Shown here: positions 40,901 through 52,222 of the stretch, in pieces | Numbering within the stretch: position 1 is the stretch's first letter | Layout of the letters: each line of letters starts with the position of its first letter | Translations under genes and position numbers: made by a program | Notes under the pieces: generated by a model | What the model was told of the DNA's origin: nothing | Databases searched by the model: none | Seen by the model: only the letters and a program-made list of their open reading frames with translations | Assembly: GCA_051294375.1 (NCBI GenBank) | Contig: CM119266.1 | Coordinates: 23,982,411 to 24,046,410, forward strand | Length of the DNA stretch: 64,000 nucleotides | Source of the DNA: Paraspadella gotoi | Taxonomy: Eukaryota; Animalia; Chaetognatha | Direction: 5' to 3'

Positions 40901-42003
40901 TTGGTCGCTTCAAAATCCTTTTGGACCTTCTGGTCCAGGTTCACCAGGAAGACCTCTTGGACCAGGCTTACCTTTTTTCACCAAGCTGACCAGGAGCTCC
41001 TTTAAAACCATCTAATCCTGCTGATCCTTTATCTCCTTTTTCTCCTGACAGACCTCGGCTTCCCTCTGTCTCCTTTCACTCCTCTGACACCAGGATACCC
41101 CAAAATACCTTGAGGTCCAGGAGGCCCGGATTCTCCCTTTTCTCCTGGTGCCCACCAGCACCTGTCAATCCAGGTAATCCATCAGCTCCTGGAAGGCCAG
41201 GCAAACCTGGTTTTCCAACTGGACCTGGCATTCCTGCGGACCAATTGACCCTTGAGAACCTGGAGGTCCAATTGGGCCAGATGGTCCAGGAGTCCCAGGA
41301 TTTCCAGGTCCTCCCAATTGGACCCATGGAACCCTTTGGACCTTCTGCGCACCTTCTAAACCGGGAATTCCAGGTTGAACCAGCTGGTCCAGACTGACCT
41401 CTTGGCCCGAGAAAACCTCTCGGTCCCATATCACCTTGTGGACCCGGAGAGCCTTGTGGACCATCTTCTCCAGGTTCCCCCCGGTGATCCATCAGCTCCA
41501 GTTTTTCCTGGAAACCCTGGTAATCCCCTGTGTCCTTTGGGACCAGGTAGACCTGGCATCCCAGGATAGCCTTGTTCTCCTTTGGCTCCAGTTGGTCCAC
41601 TTCTTCCTCGTTCACCATCACCACCAGTTCTCCCTCTTTTAACCATTTCTTCCTGGAGGACCCATTGGCCCTCTTGGTCCCCTTGGTCCACCTTCACCAC
41701 TATTCTCTCAGGTTCACCTTTTGGGCCTTCAAAACCTGGACCACAGGTACACCCTGACAAGCCAGCGATACCCTGTGGACCAGTGGCTCCTCTCATAGCC
41801 AGCATGTGTTGACTTAACATTTTGTCTAAATGTTTCTGCATTATCAGGTCCTTTCCATCTGGGCCTTGTAAAGGGATGATAAACATGACCTGGAGGACCT
41901 GGTAGTCCATCAGCACAGCAATGCATCGCGACCTGGTAAACCTCTCCTCTCCCTTAGGTCCAATCGGACCAGGGAGGGCCAGGCATCCCGGTGGTCCAGG
42001 AGG
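37929..42003 (-). pseudogene. Frameshifted partial duplicate of the collagen ORF (C-propeptide to minor helix); probably an uncorrected second-haplotype gap-fill copy rather than a real pseudogene
   Basis: 36655-42003 duplicates 42029-47318, including the 3' flank. Many 1-bp indels; the substitutions I checked are synonymous; ends at a 25-N gap (42004-42028). Confidence 0.75.
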
Positions 42004-43262
42004 NNNNNNNNNNNNNNNNNNNNNNNNNTCTTCTCAAATGCTGCACCTCGGTATCGCAGCAATTGGGGGACGGGACAGGAAGAAGAAAGATAAAAAGAGA
42101 GAGAGGAAAGAGCTTGGAATCATCAATAGACGAAGAGACGGATTGGCTCGTCGTGAGATGCCGGCGTTACGCGGCGGCGGCGTCGGCGAAGACGGCGTTT
42201 GCAGTCCGATTGTTTGATTGTTGAAGACGTAAACGTCTGAAGTTTTTTTGTTTACACAAAGACACGATATTTAGTTTAGTAAAATCGATTATTAAAATTT
42301 TAAAAATAACTCACGTATTTTCAATAATACAATATTTTTTAATTAAAAGGCTTCTTTGATTTATATGTTAAGGCTTTATGTGATAAATTTAACAATAAAA
42401 GATAAAAATGTAATTTTAAATTAAAACTCTTCAAACGTTAAAACATGCAAAACAAAAATTACAATACAAAACAACAAAGATTAAAAAAATACTAAAGGGA
42501 AACAAATGGGAAAAGAATCATGAGAATGAAAGAAAGACGTCGAACAAAACAATGACAACGATGACAACATTGACAACGAGGACAACGATGGAGACAAGAA
42601 CAACAACAAATCAAGCAGGATTGCAATCTTAATCAACGTCATCACCGAGTTTCGCTTCTCTCTCTTAATTCAAAAGGAAGATAAAGAAAGGTCAACATCG
42701 AAGTATCTCGACCACGAACCCCGCCTTGGATATAAATGCTCTTTGGTAATTTCCGTTATTTATCTTTTTTTTTTTTACGAAGATGAATAATGGCAGCTGT
42801 GTCTGGCTGGTCATGGCTACAGAAGAGATGTGGCAGTTTTGTATAGCAATTATTTTTTCAACTTTTTTTGGAATACTGATGAGTCTCGAGCTCTTTTGTG
42901 TGGGCTCTCAACCGAAAATGTGAGTGTGAGGTATTCTTTTTTTTTTTCCAAATTTACATGGACATCTTTTGGTTTATACAAAAAGGGCGAAGTTAATTTG
43001 GGGGTAATCTACCAATTCCATGATTTACAACAACCATTTACATCCGGATTCAATTCAATAATCACATTTTTTTTGATGCTGCATCTGGCATAAATAGAAC
43101 TAATATCCGTGAACTTTTTCTGACCCTGAAATTTTGAAGACTTTAAATTCTTTTTGATTTTTTTTTTAATTATGCGGAATTTGAAATTGAAAATGCCTTT
43201 ACCCTTTGTTATGCTAAAGAGAAAAATATAAAACTCATCCAATTATGTCAGATCGCATACAG

Positions 43263-46200
43263 TTAACTGAAACAAATGGCGCCGACCTCAAAGCCAAACA
43301 TTTGATAACCAGCTCCGTAATCTTTGGGGACGAAATTGACGATGGGAAGTTGATTAAGTTTCTTTGTTTTGACTTCGAAAACTGTGTAACTTTGTGACCG
43401 GCGATTCCTACATCCGTCATAGATGATCTGCTGCGATGTAAAATACTTGGTATCAAACTCATAGTCGTTGTGCCCCTGGAGGACTAAGGCCCAATTCAAT
43501 GAGTAGTCATCTACATTGTACCACGCTGCCGAGTTAGTACAAAAATAGGTGAAGTTCTGCCTTGCTTCTTCACTGAGCAAGCGGAGGAAGGTAAGTTGAA
43601 CTGATTCATCATACTCAATTTCAAAACCTCCTTTCAACTTGGAGAATGGCTTATTTGTTGTACTTTCTTTTCTCCACCAACGCTGGGGCATCGTTCGGAA
43701 CTGCTGCTTTGGATTGACACAAGTTTCACCAGATCTACTCATGTTGCAGTAGACATAGATCGCGTCATTGATTACTCCAAGGTTTGGATCAATCCAGTAC
43801 CAACCATCTGGTAAGTCAGGATGTCCTTGATGAAGATCTCTGCATGATCTAGCTGGTTCATCCTTAGTTCCGACAGGATTAGAAATAGCATTCAGTTGTT
43901 TCTGCATGTTGTCCAAATAATCAACTATCCGGGAAACAACATTTACATAATGTTCTCCTTCATGAAGATCATCTTCAGCAATTCTGTTATTCTCATCCAA
44001 ATCTCTTTTTTTTCTTGCTGCTGTTTTTGGTGGACTGATAAAATCAGGGGGAATGAGCTGAGCCTCACCAGGGGGTCCAGGAGGTCCAGGGGGACCTGGT
44101 GGTCCAGAATCACCTTTGATACCCGCGGAACCTGTTGTTCCTTTAAGACCTACAGATCCCTCTGGGCCTGGTGGTCCAGCAGGTCCATCAGCTCCAGATA
44201 TTCCATCTGGCCCAGCAATTCCAGGATCTCCTTTGGGACCAACTTTTCCTGGCGGACCTTTTGGTCCTGTATCACCTTTAGGACCAGCTTCTCCAGGGGG
44301 ACCCATCAAACCAATAGCTCCTGGATGTCCTTTAGTACCTTTGAAACCGGGGTCACCCTTGAGTCCTCCTGGACCTGGTGGTCCAGTAATACCAGATTGC
44401 CCTGGAGAACCTGGTGGGCCTGGTGGCCCAACATCTCCCTGTGGTCCAATAGATCCTCTCAAACCAGGAATTCCAGTTGGTCCAGCTGGTCCTAACCCTC
44501 CAGGTCCTCCTGGGGGACCTTGAGAACCCAATGGTCCAGCATCACCTTTTGGTCCAATTGGACCTGAAGGTCCTTGCACTCCAGGTGGTCCTGTAGGTCC
44601 TTGTTTGCCAGGCAAACCTTGTAGTCCAACTTCACCAGGTGGACCATCCTTCCCAGGTGGTCCTAAAGGACCAGGATCTCCATTAATACCAGGAAGGCCA
44701 TCCAATCCCTTTGGACCAGGTGGCCCAGGCCTTCCTGCATTTCCTGGAAAACCAGTTGGTCCCGGATCTCCTTTTGGTCCTTCAACGCCTGGTAAACCTC
44801 TGGGACCAGGTGGTCCTTGAGGTCCCAAAGTCCCATCTTCACCTTTTGCTCCTGGAAGACCACGAGGACCAGGTTCACCATCTTTTCCAGGATTACCCAC
44901 TAAACCTGGCAAACCAGGATCTCCCTTAGAGCCTCGGGAACCTTCAGTTCCAGGTGGACCTGGTGTTCCAGCTTCTCCTTGTGCTCCAGGTGTGCCTGGA
45001 GATCCTTGAGGTCCAGGGGGTCCTGGAGGTCCTCGTTGTCCAGGATCTCCTGTATCACCTTTTCCACCCTGAGGTCCAGGTAACCCCTGTAAACCGGGCA
45101 ATCCAGGAACTCCAGGAGGGCCTCGAGGTCCTTCATCTCCTTTTGTCCCAGGAATTCCTTGAGGGCCCTTTAATCCTGGTTCACCAGGTGGCCCAATCTG
45201 TCCCATTGGACCTTCCGGGCCTTGCTTGCCAGGTGAACCTGGCGGTCCTTGTAACCCAAAGTCACCTTTGAAACCTTTTTCACCTGCTGGACCAGGATCA
45301 CCTTTATCACCATCTTCGCCGGGCCGACCAACTGGTCCTGGTGGTCCTGGTAAACCTCTTCCTCCTGGGAGGCCATCTCTTCCAGGGGATCCTGGGATAC
45401 CAGATTCTCCAGGATCACCTTTCCCTCCTTGTAGACCGATTTCTCCTTGAGGACCCGGTCTACCAACTGGTCCTTGCCCTCCTGAAGGACCAGCTACACC
45501 CTGCTCACCCTTGTCACCTGATGGGCCTGATGGTCCACTAGGACCTCTTTCTCCTTTTCCACCATCTTTACCTGGAGGACCTGGTAAACCACGCTCTCCT
45601 GAAAAACCTTGGAATCCTGGAGGTCCCTCAGCACCAGATGTTCCAGGGGGCCCGGCTAAACCTCTTTCACCTGGCTTTCCTGCTTCACCAGGAAGTCCTG
45701 ATTCTCCAGGCAAACCTGGATTTCCTGGTACACCTCTATCACCTGCAGACCCTGTTTCACCAGCGGGGCCAGGTGGTCCTACAACTCCAACTGGCCCAGG
45801 TTGGCCAGGCTGTCCCGGACTTCCAGGTTCTCCTCTTTCTCCAGGTAATCCAACCAATCCATCCTTGCCAGGTATTCCAGATGGACCAGGTGCTCCAGGA
45901 TATCCGCTAGGGCCTCGATTTCCTTCTAAACCTGGCGCTCCAGATGCACCAGGAGTACCTGGAGGACCTGTTTCACCTTTTGGTCCAATTGGGCCTGGAA
46001 TACCTCTTTGTCCACGTTCTCCTCTTGGGCCTCTTGGTCCAGATTCTCCTCTATCACCATCTGCTCCAACAGATCCCGGTGGACCTGAAGGTCCATCGCG
46101 ACCTCTTTTTCCAACCAAACCCCTGTCACCTTTAGCTCCTCTTCTTCCAGGGTATCCAGGAAACCCAGGGATGCCCATTTTTCCTTTTTCACCAAATGGC

Positions 46201-48593
46201 CCAGGGGGTCCAGTTTCACCTCTTGGTCCTTCAAATCCTTTTGGACCTTCTGGTCCAGGTTCACCAGGAAGACCTCTTGGACCAGGCTTACCTTTTTCAC
46301 CAAGCTGACCAGGAGCTCCTTTAAAACCATCTAATCCTGCTGATCCTTTATCTCCTTTTTCTCCTGACAGACCTCGGCTTCCTCTGTCTCCTTTCACTCC
46401 TCTGACACCAGGATACCCCAAAATACCTTGAGGTCCAGGAGGCCCGGATTCTCCCTTTTCTCCTGGTGCTCCACCAGCACCTGTCAATCCAGGTAATCCA
46501 TCAGCTCCTGGAAGGCCAGGCAAACCTGGTTTTCCAACTGGACCTGGCATTCCTGGCGGGCCAATTGACCCTTGAGAACCTGGAGGTCCAATTGGGCCAG
46601 ATGGTCCAGGAGTCCCAGGATTTCCAGGTCCTCCCATTGGACCCATGGAACCCTTTGGACCTTCTGCACCTTCTAAACCGGGAATTCCAGGTTGACCAGC
46701 TGGTCCAGACTGACCTCTTGGCCCGAGAAAACCTCTCGGTCCCATATCACCTTGTGGACCCGGAGAGCCTTGTGGACCATCTTCTCCAGGTTCGCCCGGT
46801 GATCCATCAGCCCCAGTTTTTCCTGGAAACCCTGGTAATCCCCTGTGTCCTTTGGGACCAGGTAGACCTGGCATTCCAGGATAGCCTTGTTCTCCTTTGG
46901 CTCCAGTTGGTCCACTTCTTCCTCGTTCACCATCACCACCAGTTCTCCCTCTTTTACCATTTCTTCCTGGAGGACCCATTGGCCCTCTTGGTCCCCTTGG
47001 TCCACCTTCACCACTATCTCCAGGTTCACCTTTTGGGCCTTCAAAACCTGGACCACCAGGTACACCTGACAAGCCAGCGATACCCTGTGGACCAGTGGCT
47101 CCTCTCATAGCCAGCATGTGTTGACTTAACATTTGTCTAAATGTTTCTGCATTATCAGGTCCTTTACCATCTGGGCCTTGTAAAGGGATGATAAAAACAT
47201 GACCTGGAGGACCTGGTAGTCCATCAGCACCAGCAATGCCATCGCGACCTGGTAAACCTCTCTCTCCCTTAGGTCCAATCGGACCAGGAGGGCCAGGCCA
47301 TCCCGGTGGTCCAGGAGGACCAGGAATATAGTAGGCATTACCTCCTGGTGAAGGCCCTGCCGAAAAGTCATCTTCTCCAGATCCTTCAAATTCTGGCCCA
47401 AATTGATTGGATTCACCTTCATTATAGTCATAATCTCTTTCAGAAATCCCAGTTCCCAAACCAATAAAACCGCCAGAAGCACCATGAGCTCCTTCTCCCC
47501 CACTTACTCCAGCAACTTCTCCATCATCTCCAGTAAACCAGGATCCATAACTTCCTGCTTCCTCATTAAGCCTGGCATTGGCATCATTTCTGCTTAGGCT
47601 AAATCTGTTTGTCTTGCGACTATTGTCATATTGATCTAACTGTGCAGAAACTCCTTTCCCAAATCCAGATTTGCATTTTTTTTCGGCAGCATCAAAAGGT
47701 ACTTGACAGTCTGGAGTCAAACAGGTACAATGAGCATAAGCTGCTTCGGGATCATCTACCAATATCAAATCTTGAATATCCCCACGGTAAACTTGATCCT
47801 CCATCAATTGTCTTCCCACAATGATGATTCCAGTGAGATCGATCTTTGATGGTTTGCTTCGCTTGAGAGGCATTGTCTTATTTTCTTTGCAGTCAACCAG
47901 CAGTGTAACTGAATCTCCTTTCACTGAAAATGATACACGATGCCATTTACCATCTGATAAGTTGATGTTGTCAAATCGTGGCGAATCTTCTCGACCAGGT
48001 CGACCTCCGGTATCTTCAAACCAGAATAACGGACTTGGACCCACCTGCACAGCTAACTCTTCATTGCCATTCTGGCCATTGTAGATGGTAAAAAGAAAGG
48101 CTGAATTTTGATCGTCAGGTCGGATGGTAGCAAGCACAGAGAAATCTTCAGGAAACCCGCCCGGAAACACTTGCGATGTTGTAACGCTGAGTTGAGCATC
48201 TGCGTTTATTCTGTAAGCGACGTCGGGTTTTCCGACTGGGTATCCATTGCTGTCCGTAACGTAGGGAGGTCTGTTGGTGCAGATGCCCACCGTTTCGGAG
48301 ACTCCGTAGGGAAAGGATTGGATGTTCACAGCGCTAAGTAAATCAATGGCCCCTTGCGGCAGCGTGACGCTGGAACTGGAGGCGCCACGCGACAGCAACG
48401 AAGTCGAGAAAAATGCGGCACAAAAAAAGAGCGAGGTGAAAGCGGAAAGAGAGGAATTAGAATGAGAGAAAAAGCTCCGACTCGACGACCGGTTGGAGGT
48501 GTGTCGTCTATGGAGGTGGAAGACGCGCGGCGAAGTCGGAGGCGGCGCCCCGCCCTCTTCGGGCGTTCGCTCGCCGCTCCGACCGCCACTCAT
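43263..48593 (-). CDS. Clade-B fibrillar procollagen (collagen alpha type V/XI-like), 1776 aa, single-exon CDS
   Basis: One open frame encodes a hydrophobic signal-like stretch, a TSPN/LamG domain ([49 protein letters not shown]), an acidic variable region, a minor helix, the linker PPGHVFIIP...MLAMRG, a major Gly-X-Y helix at 47102-44061 (3042 nt = 338 triplets), a furin site RKKR and a COLFI C-propeptide ([42 protein letters not shown]). Confidence 0.97.
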   Translation of the reverse strand: MSGGRSGERTPEEGGAPPPTSPRVFHLHRRHTSNRSSSRSFFSHSNSSLSAFTSLFFCAAFFSTSLLSRGASSSSVTLPQGAIDLLSAVNIQSFPYGVSETVGICTNRPPYVTDSNGYPVGKPDVAYRINADAQLSVTTSQVFPGGFPEDFSVLATIRPDDQNSAFLFTIYNGQNGNEELAVQVGPSPLFWFEDTGGRPGREDSPRFDNINLSDGKWHRVSFSVKGDSVTLLVDCKENKTMPLKRSKPSKIDLTGIIIVGRQLMEDQVYRGDIQDLILVDDPEAAYAHCTCLTPDCQVPFDAAEKKCKSGFGKGVSAQLDQYDNSRKTNRFSLSRNDANARLNEEAGSYGSWFTGDDGEVAGVSGGEGAHGASGGFIGLGTGISERDYDYNEGESNQFGPEFEGSGEDDFSAGPSPGGNAYYIPGPPGPPGWPGPPGPIGPKGERGLPGRDGIAGADGLPGPPGHVFIIPLQGPDGKGPDNAETFRQMLSQHMLAMRGATGPQGIAGLSGVPGGPGFEGPKGEPGDSGEGGPRGPRGPMGPPGRNGKRGRTGGDGERGRSGPTGAKGEQGYPGMPGLPGPKGHRGLPGFPGKTGADGSPGEPGEDGPQGSPGPQGDMGPRGFLGPRGQSGPAGQPGIPGLEGAEGPKGSMGPMGGPGNPGTPGPSGPIGPPGSQGSIGPPGMPGPVGKPGLPGLPGADGLPGLTGAGGAPGEKGESGPPGPQGILGYPGVRGVKGDRGSRGLSGEKGDKGSAGLDGFKGAPGQLGEKGKPGPRGLPGEPGPEGPKGFEGPRGETGPPGPFGEKGKMGIPGFPGYPGRRGAKGDRGLVGKRGRDGPSGPPGSVGADGDRGESGPRGPRGERGQRGIPGPIGPKGETGPPGTPGASGAPGLEGNRGPSGYPGAPGPSGIPGKDGLVGLPGERGEPGSPGQPGQPGPVGVVGPPGPAGETGSAGDRGVPGNPGLPGESGLPGEAGKPGERGLAGPPGTSGAEGPPGFQGFSGERGLPGPPGKDGGKGERGPSGPSGPSGDKGEQGVAGPSGGQGPVGRPGPQGEIGLQGGKGDPGESGIPGSPGRDGLPGGRGLPGPPGPVGRPGEDGDKGDPGPAGEKGFKGDFGLQGPPGSPGKQGPEGPMGQIGPPGEPGLKGPQGIPGTKGDEGPRGPPGVPGLPGLQGLPGPQGGKGDTGDPGQRGPPGPPGPQGSPGTPGAQGEAGTPGPPGTEGSRGSKGDPGLPGLVGNPGKDGEPGPRGLPGAKGEDGTLGPQGPPGPRGLPGVEGPKGDPGPTGFPGNAGRPGPPGPKGLDGLPGINGDPGPLGPPGKDGPPGEVGLQGLPGKQGPTGPPGVQGPSGPIGPKGDAGPLGSQGPPGGPGGLGPAGPTGIPGLRGSIGPQGDVGPPGPPGSPGQSGITGPPGPGGLKGDPGFKGTKGHPGAIGLMGPPGEAGPKGDTGPKGPPGKVGPKGDPGIAGPDGISGADGPAGPPGPEGSVGLKGTTGSAGIKGDSGPPGPPGPPGPPGEAQLIPPDFISPPKTAARKKRDLDENNRIAEDDLHEGEHYVNVVSRIVDYLDNMQKQLNAISNPVGTKDEPARSCRDLHQGHPDLPDGWYWIDPNLGVINDAIYVYCNMSRSGETCVNPKQQFRTMPQRWWRKESTTNKPFSKLKGGFEIEYDESVQLTFLRLLSEEARQNFTYFCTNSAAWYNVDDYSLNWALVLQGHNDYEFDTKYFTSQQIIYDGCRNRRSQSYTVFEVKTKKLNQLPIVNFVPKDYGAGYQMFGFEVGAICFS

Positions 48594-49267
48594 GGCGATT
48601 TTGACTGAATGTCTTCAGGCCTTTCACCCTTTATCTCTCACAAGGAGAGTGGAAGACAAAAGGACAACCCGACCCTGGCGAAAACAAAAAAACAATTTCC
48701 TACGACATGAAGGACGAAATGACGAACCGCTATCCTTCGAGAAAAAAAAAACACGAAATCGATCTCAGACAAGCGTCCACGCGCTCGAGCGTATTTAAAT
48801 AGTCGAAAAATTCGTAAATCCAATATATTTCGCGTTTTTACATCTCGCAAATCGAAGCTTTTTGGGTTTTTTTTTTTTCCTCGAGTTCGTTCAATCGAGA
48901 AAAACGAAAGGAAAAGAGCGAAAGGTTTTTCGATTAAAATTGTTTGATTTTAGTTTTCTTCGCGTTTTTCAAAGTTTTTCGCTTTTTCTTTTTAAATTTT
49001 TTTTAAAAATCCGTAATCCGAGAGCTTTGGACTTTTCTTCCTGATTTTCTGGATTTTCTTTTTTTGTTTTTTTTTACGGGGCCGAGCGCTGGCCCGATTT
49101 ACTGTGGACGGCGGCTCAAAAACTCTCAAAATCTTCATCCAAATCTCTAGGGATGCGTCGTCTTCGTCGAACACTTCCTCGTCGTTTTCGTCGTCGTCGT
49201 CGTCGATCTCATCGTCGACGAATCTCAGCCAGTCGAGAGAGAATTCAGCCGGGGTGAACTCCTAAGA

Positions 49268-49284
49268 AGAGAGGGGGAGAGAGA

Positions 49285-49364
<80 letters not shown>

Positions 49365-49448
49365 ATAAAGAGACAAAAGAATAATCGATTAGGTAAGAAA
49401 AAGTAACTAATATGTAATAAAAAAAAGTAATTAAAAAAAAAAACAGAA

Positions 49449-49482
<34 letters not shown>

Positions 49483-49565
49483 GAAAAATAAAGAGAGAAA
49501 AGAATAATCGATTTATTAAGAAAAATTAACTAATATGTAATAATAAAAGTAATTTATAAAAAAAC

Positions 49566-49627
<62 letters not shown>

Positions 49628-49652
49628 GAGAGAGAGAGACAGAGAGAGAGAG
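49268..49652. repeat. Compound repeat: (GA)n tracts alternating with two copies of an ~90-nt A-rich unit
   Basis: The unit AAAAATAAAGAGA(C/G)AAAAGAATAATCGATT...AACTAATATGTAATAA...AAACAGAAA occurs at ~49360 and ~49484, each flanked by GA runs. Confidence 0.85.
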
Positions 49653-50322
49653 AGCCCTAGCGATCGGCGGCGGGGCGATTAGAGTTGAACTCGATTTTGC
49701 AACATTAAGATAAAGAAATATATGAGAGTGGCTTGTATGTAATTTTTTGTTTTGAAGGAAAACAGTAGTAGTGCTTATTTACTCGACGAAATCCGTATTC
49801 AGACTATTTTCGAAGAGAGAAAATTAATAAATACATAACCATAGTAATATTTAATAATGATGACAACGTTAGGCTAAAAATTACTTTCGCGTTCCAATCC
49901 AGATGTTATAATCCTGTAGTGGCAAATAACCCTGACGCCATCACACAGCGAAGGCGGAGCGCTGTGACTCTAACGTGGCGCAGTTTTTAAACTTCGCCGG
50001 CTTTTTTTTTTCCTCTTTCGGAGCGGCTGCTTTTACAGTGAAAATTTTTGGCCCTTCGTAAAAATTCGAAACACCGCAAAAACAAACATCCGAAAAGAAA
50101 AAAAAGTTTAAAAAAGTGAAAAATTATCGAAGGAGGGAAAAAAAGTGGATGGCATTCGTTCCCTTTTTTTCTTTTTTAACTTCGATCCTTTTTTCTTTCT
50201 CTTTCCTTTTTTTTTCAGTTTATTCGCTAACTTCGTTCAAGATGCACTCGAGTATAAAAACTGTGGCTTTCAAAAAGTCAAAACCCAGTTATCCACAGGA
50301 AGTAGGGACGATGGAGTTGGAT

Positions 50323-50329
50323 AGAGAGG

Positions 50330-50416
<87 letters not shown>

Positions 50417-50737
50417 AGAGAGAGACAGAGAGAGAGAGAGAACCCGAAAATCCTAAAATCTGACGGGGGTTATTCAAAGTATTCCGCTCGTATTTTATGG
50501 GTGTTACCTCAACCCAAATTACGTTTGGCCAGTTACAGATCGAGTTGCCGTTCGCGACTTTTATTCACATCGCCTCAAAATGGCTGACGTTCGAAATCTT
50601 AAGTTTTTTAACGTCGTCAACCAAAGTTGTGACAGAAGAAGTGATAGAAATTAGCAGAGAGGGATATTGTGATATTGCGCAGAGTATTTGTATCCTGAAA
50701 ATGGTTAGTTGGATATGAAAGAAAGAGGGAAACACAG

Positions 50738-50810
<73 letters not shown>

Positions 50811-50903
50811 GGAATAGGGAAACGAGACGAGAGAGCATTCCCGAGACAGTGGCGATAGAATCGGGAAGTCGGAATTCCTTTACTCTAAAAACAAATACTT
50901 AGC

Positions 50904-50986
<83 letters not shown>

Positions 50987-50995
50987 CTCTCTCTC
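50323..50995. repeat. Cluster of (GA)n/(CT)n microsatellites (50323-50441, 50736-50807, 50906-50995)
   Basis: Direct reading of the sequence. Confidence 0.93.
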
Positions 50996-51580
50996 AATCC
51001 TTCTTTAATTTAAGCCCTTGAGCGTTCTGATTTCCGTGAGCAAAAATCCTTCATCTCCAAGTTTTGCTTTAATCATTTTCTGCTCTTTTGTTTACAAAAG
51101 TAAATAAACAAACTCGTCGAAAGAATCGTTCCGCTTCGCCCCGTGGAAATACGAGTCTACGAGACGCGCGCTTTTCACTCAACATTGTTTTTTCTTTGAG
51201 GCAATGTTTTAAAAATCCGCGTCTGAAAACAAACAAAAGAAAACAAAACATTTCTACCTCATCTTTTTTTAAGCTTAGAAAGAAATTATGCGGCAGGCAA
51301 TGAACTTTGAATTCTCTTTGTATCGTTTGTTGGAAGCCAAAAGACAAATCATAATCATACAACAAATTATTTTTTTCACTTTTGTTTTCACCTATTACCT
51401 TATTTCTTTCACTTTTACTATCTCTCTCTCGCTCGTTCCTTCTCTATCTCTCTCTTTTTCTGTAACATCTGGCATTCATCCTCAGGAAACTGAGTTTCAA
51501 GAAAGTAAACATTTTCTCCTTCAAATCCCATCATGCCTAAGCCATGAATACAGATGAGAAAGGGAGAGAGAGATAGAAAA

Positions 51581-51637
<57 letters not shown>

Positions 51638-51845
51638 TTAAAACGTTAAAACAGGAATATAACTCCGCCAAATATCAATCTGAATTGCCAAAAGAGTCTC
51701 GTTTAAACTAACCCCGCCCTGTTAAGTTACAGGTAAACGTTTCTTTTTCTCTCTGACATTATTTCTGTTGAGCCCAGAAAATCGTCGGCTTCTAAATGTC
51801 CTCGGGTAGAGATGGTTTTGATGACGGAAAGGAATTTTGGTGAAA

Positions 51846-51897
<52 letters not shown>

Positions 51898-52222
51898 CTA
51901 TCTCTCAACAACAATAACGTTATCATTTCATCTGCAGAAAGTCTGTCACTTATCGTATCTACAGGGAAATGTAATTGATGCGCGAGCTAACTAGCATTTA
52001 ACTTTGGGCTAAAAATAAGCTTTTTAAAACAGTGGCAGCCGACTGTTTCATGACGAAGTTGTTCTTATATTTACTTTTTCCCTCAAATAAGCCGATTAAA
52101 TTTCTCTCTCTTTAATTCTTCTTTTTATCATCCGCAAAACTTTTTTTTTTTAATTCTAATTTTAATTTTATTTAAATTTCGGTTTTCTAAAAATATATAT
52201 TCTCCAAAAATTCCTTCTCAAG

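Noticed and set aside
42870-42937. Hammerhead ribozyme or C/D snoRNA-like motif (GAATA-CTGATGA...CGAAA...GTATTC) antisense to the collagen 3' flank
   Set aside because: No stem III or UH cleavage triplet before the closing stem, a poor stem II base, and no CTGA D box.
43896-48608. Plus-strand Pro/Gly-rich ORFs and alternate-frame ORFs over the collagen
   Set aside because: Shadow frames of the Gly-X-Y codon pattern (GGN on one strand reads NCC on the other).
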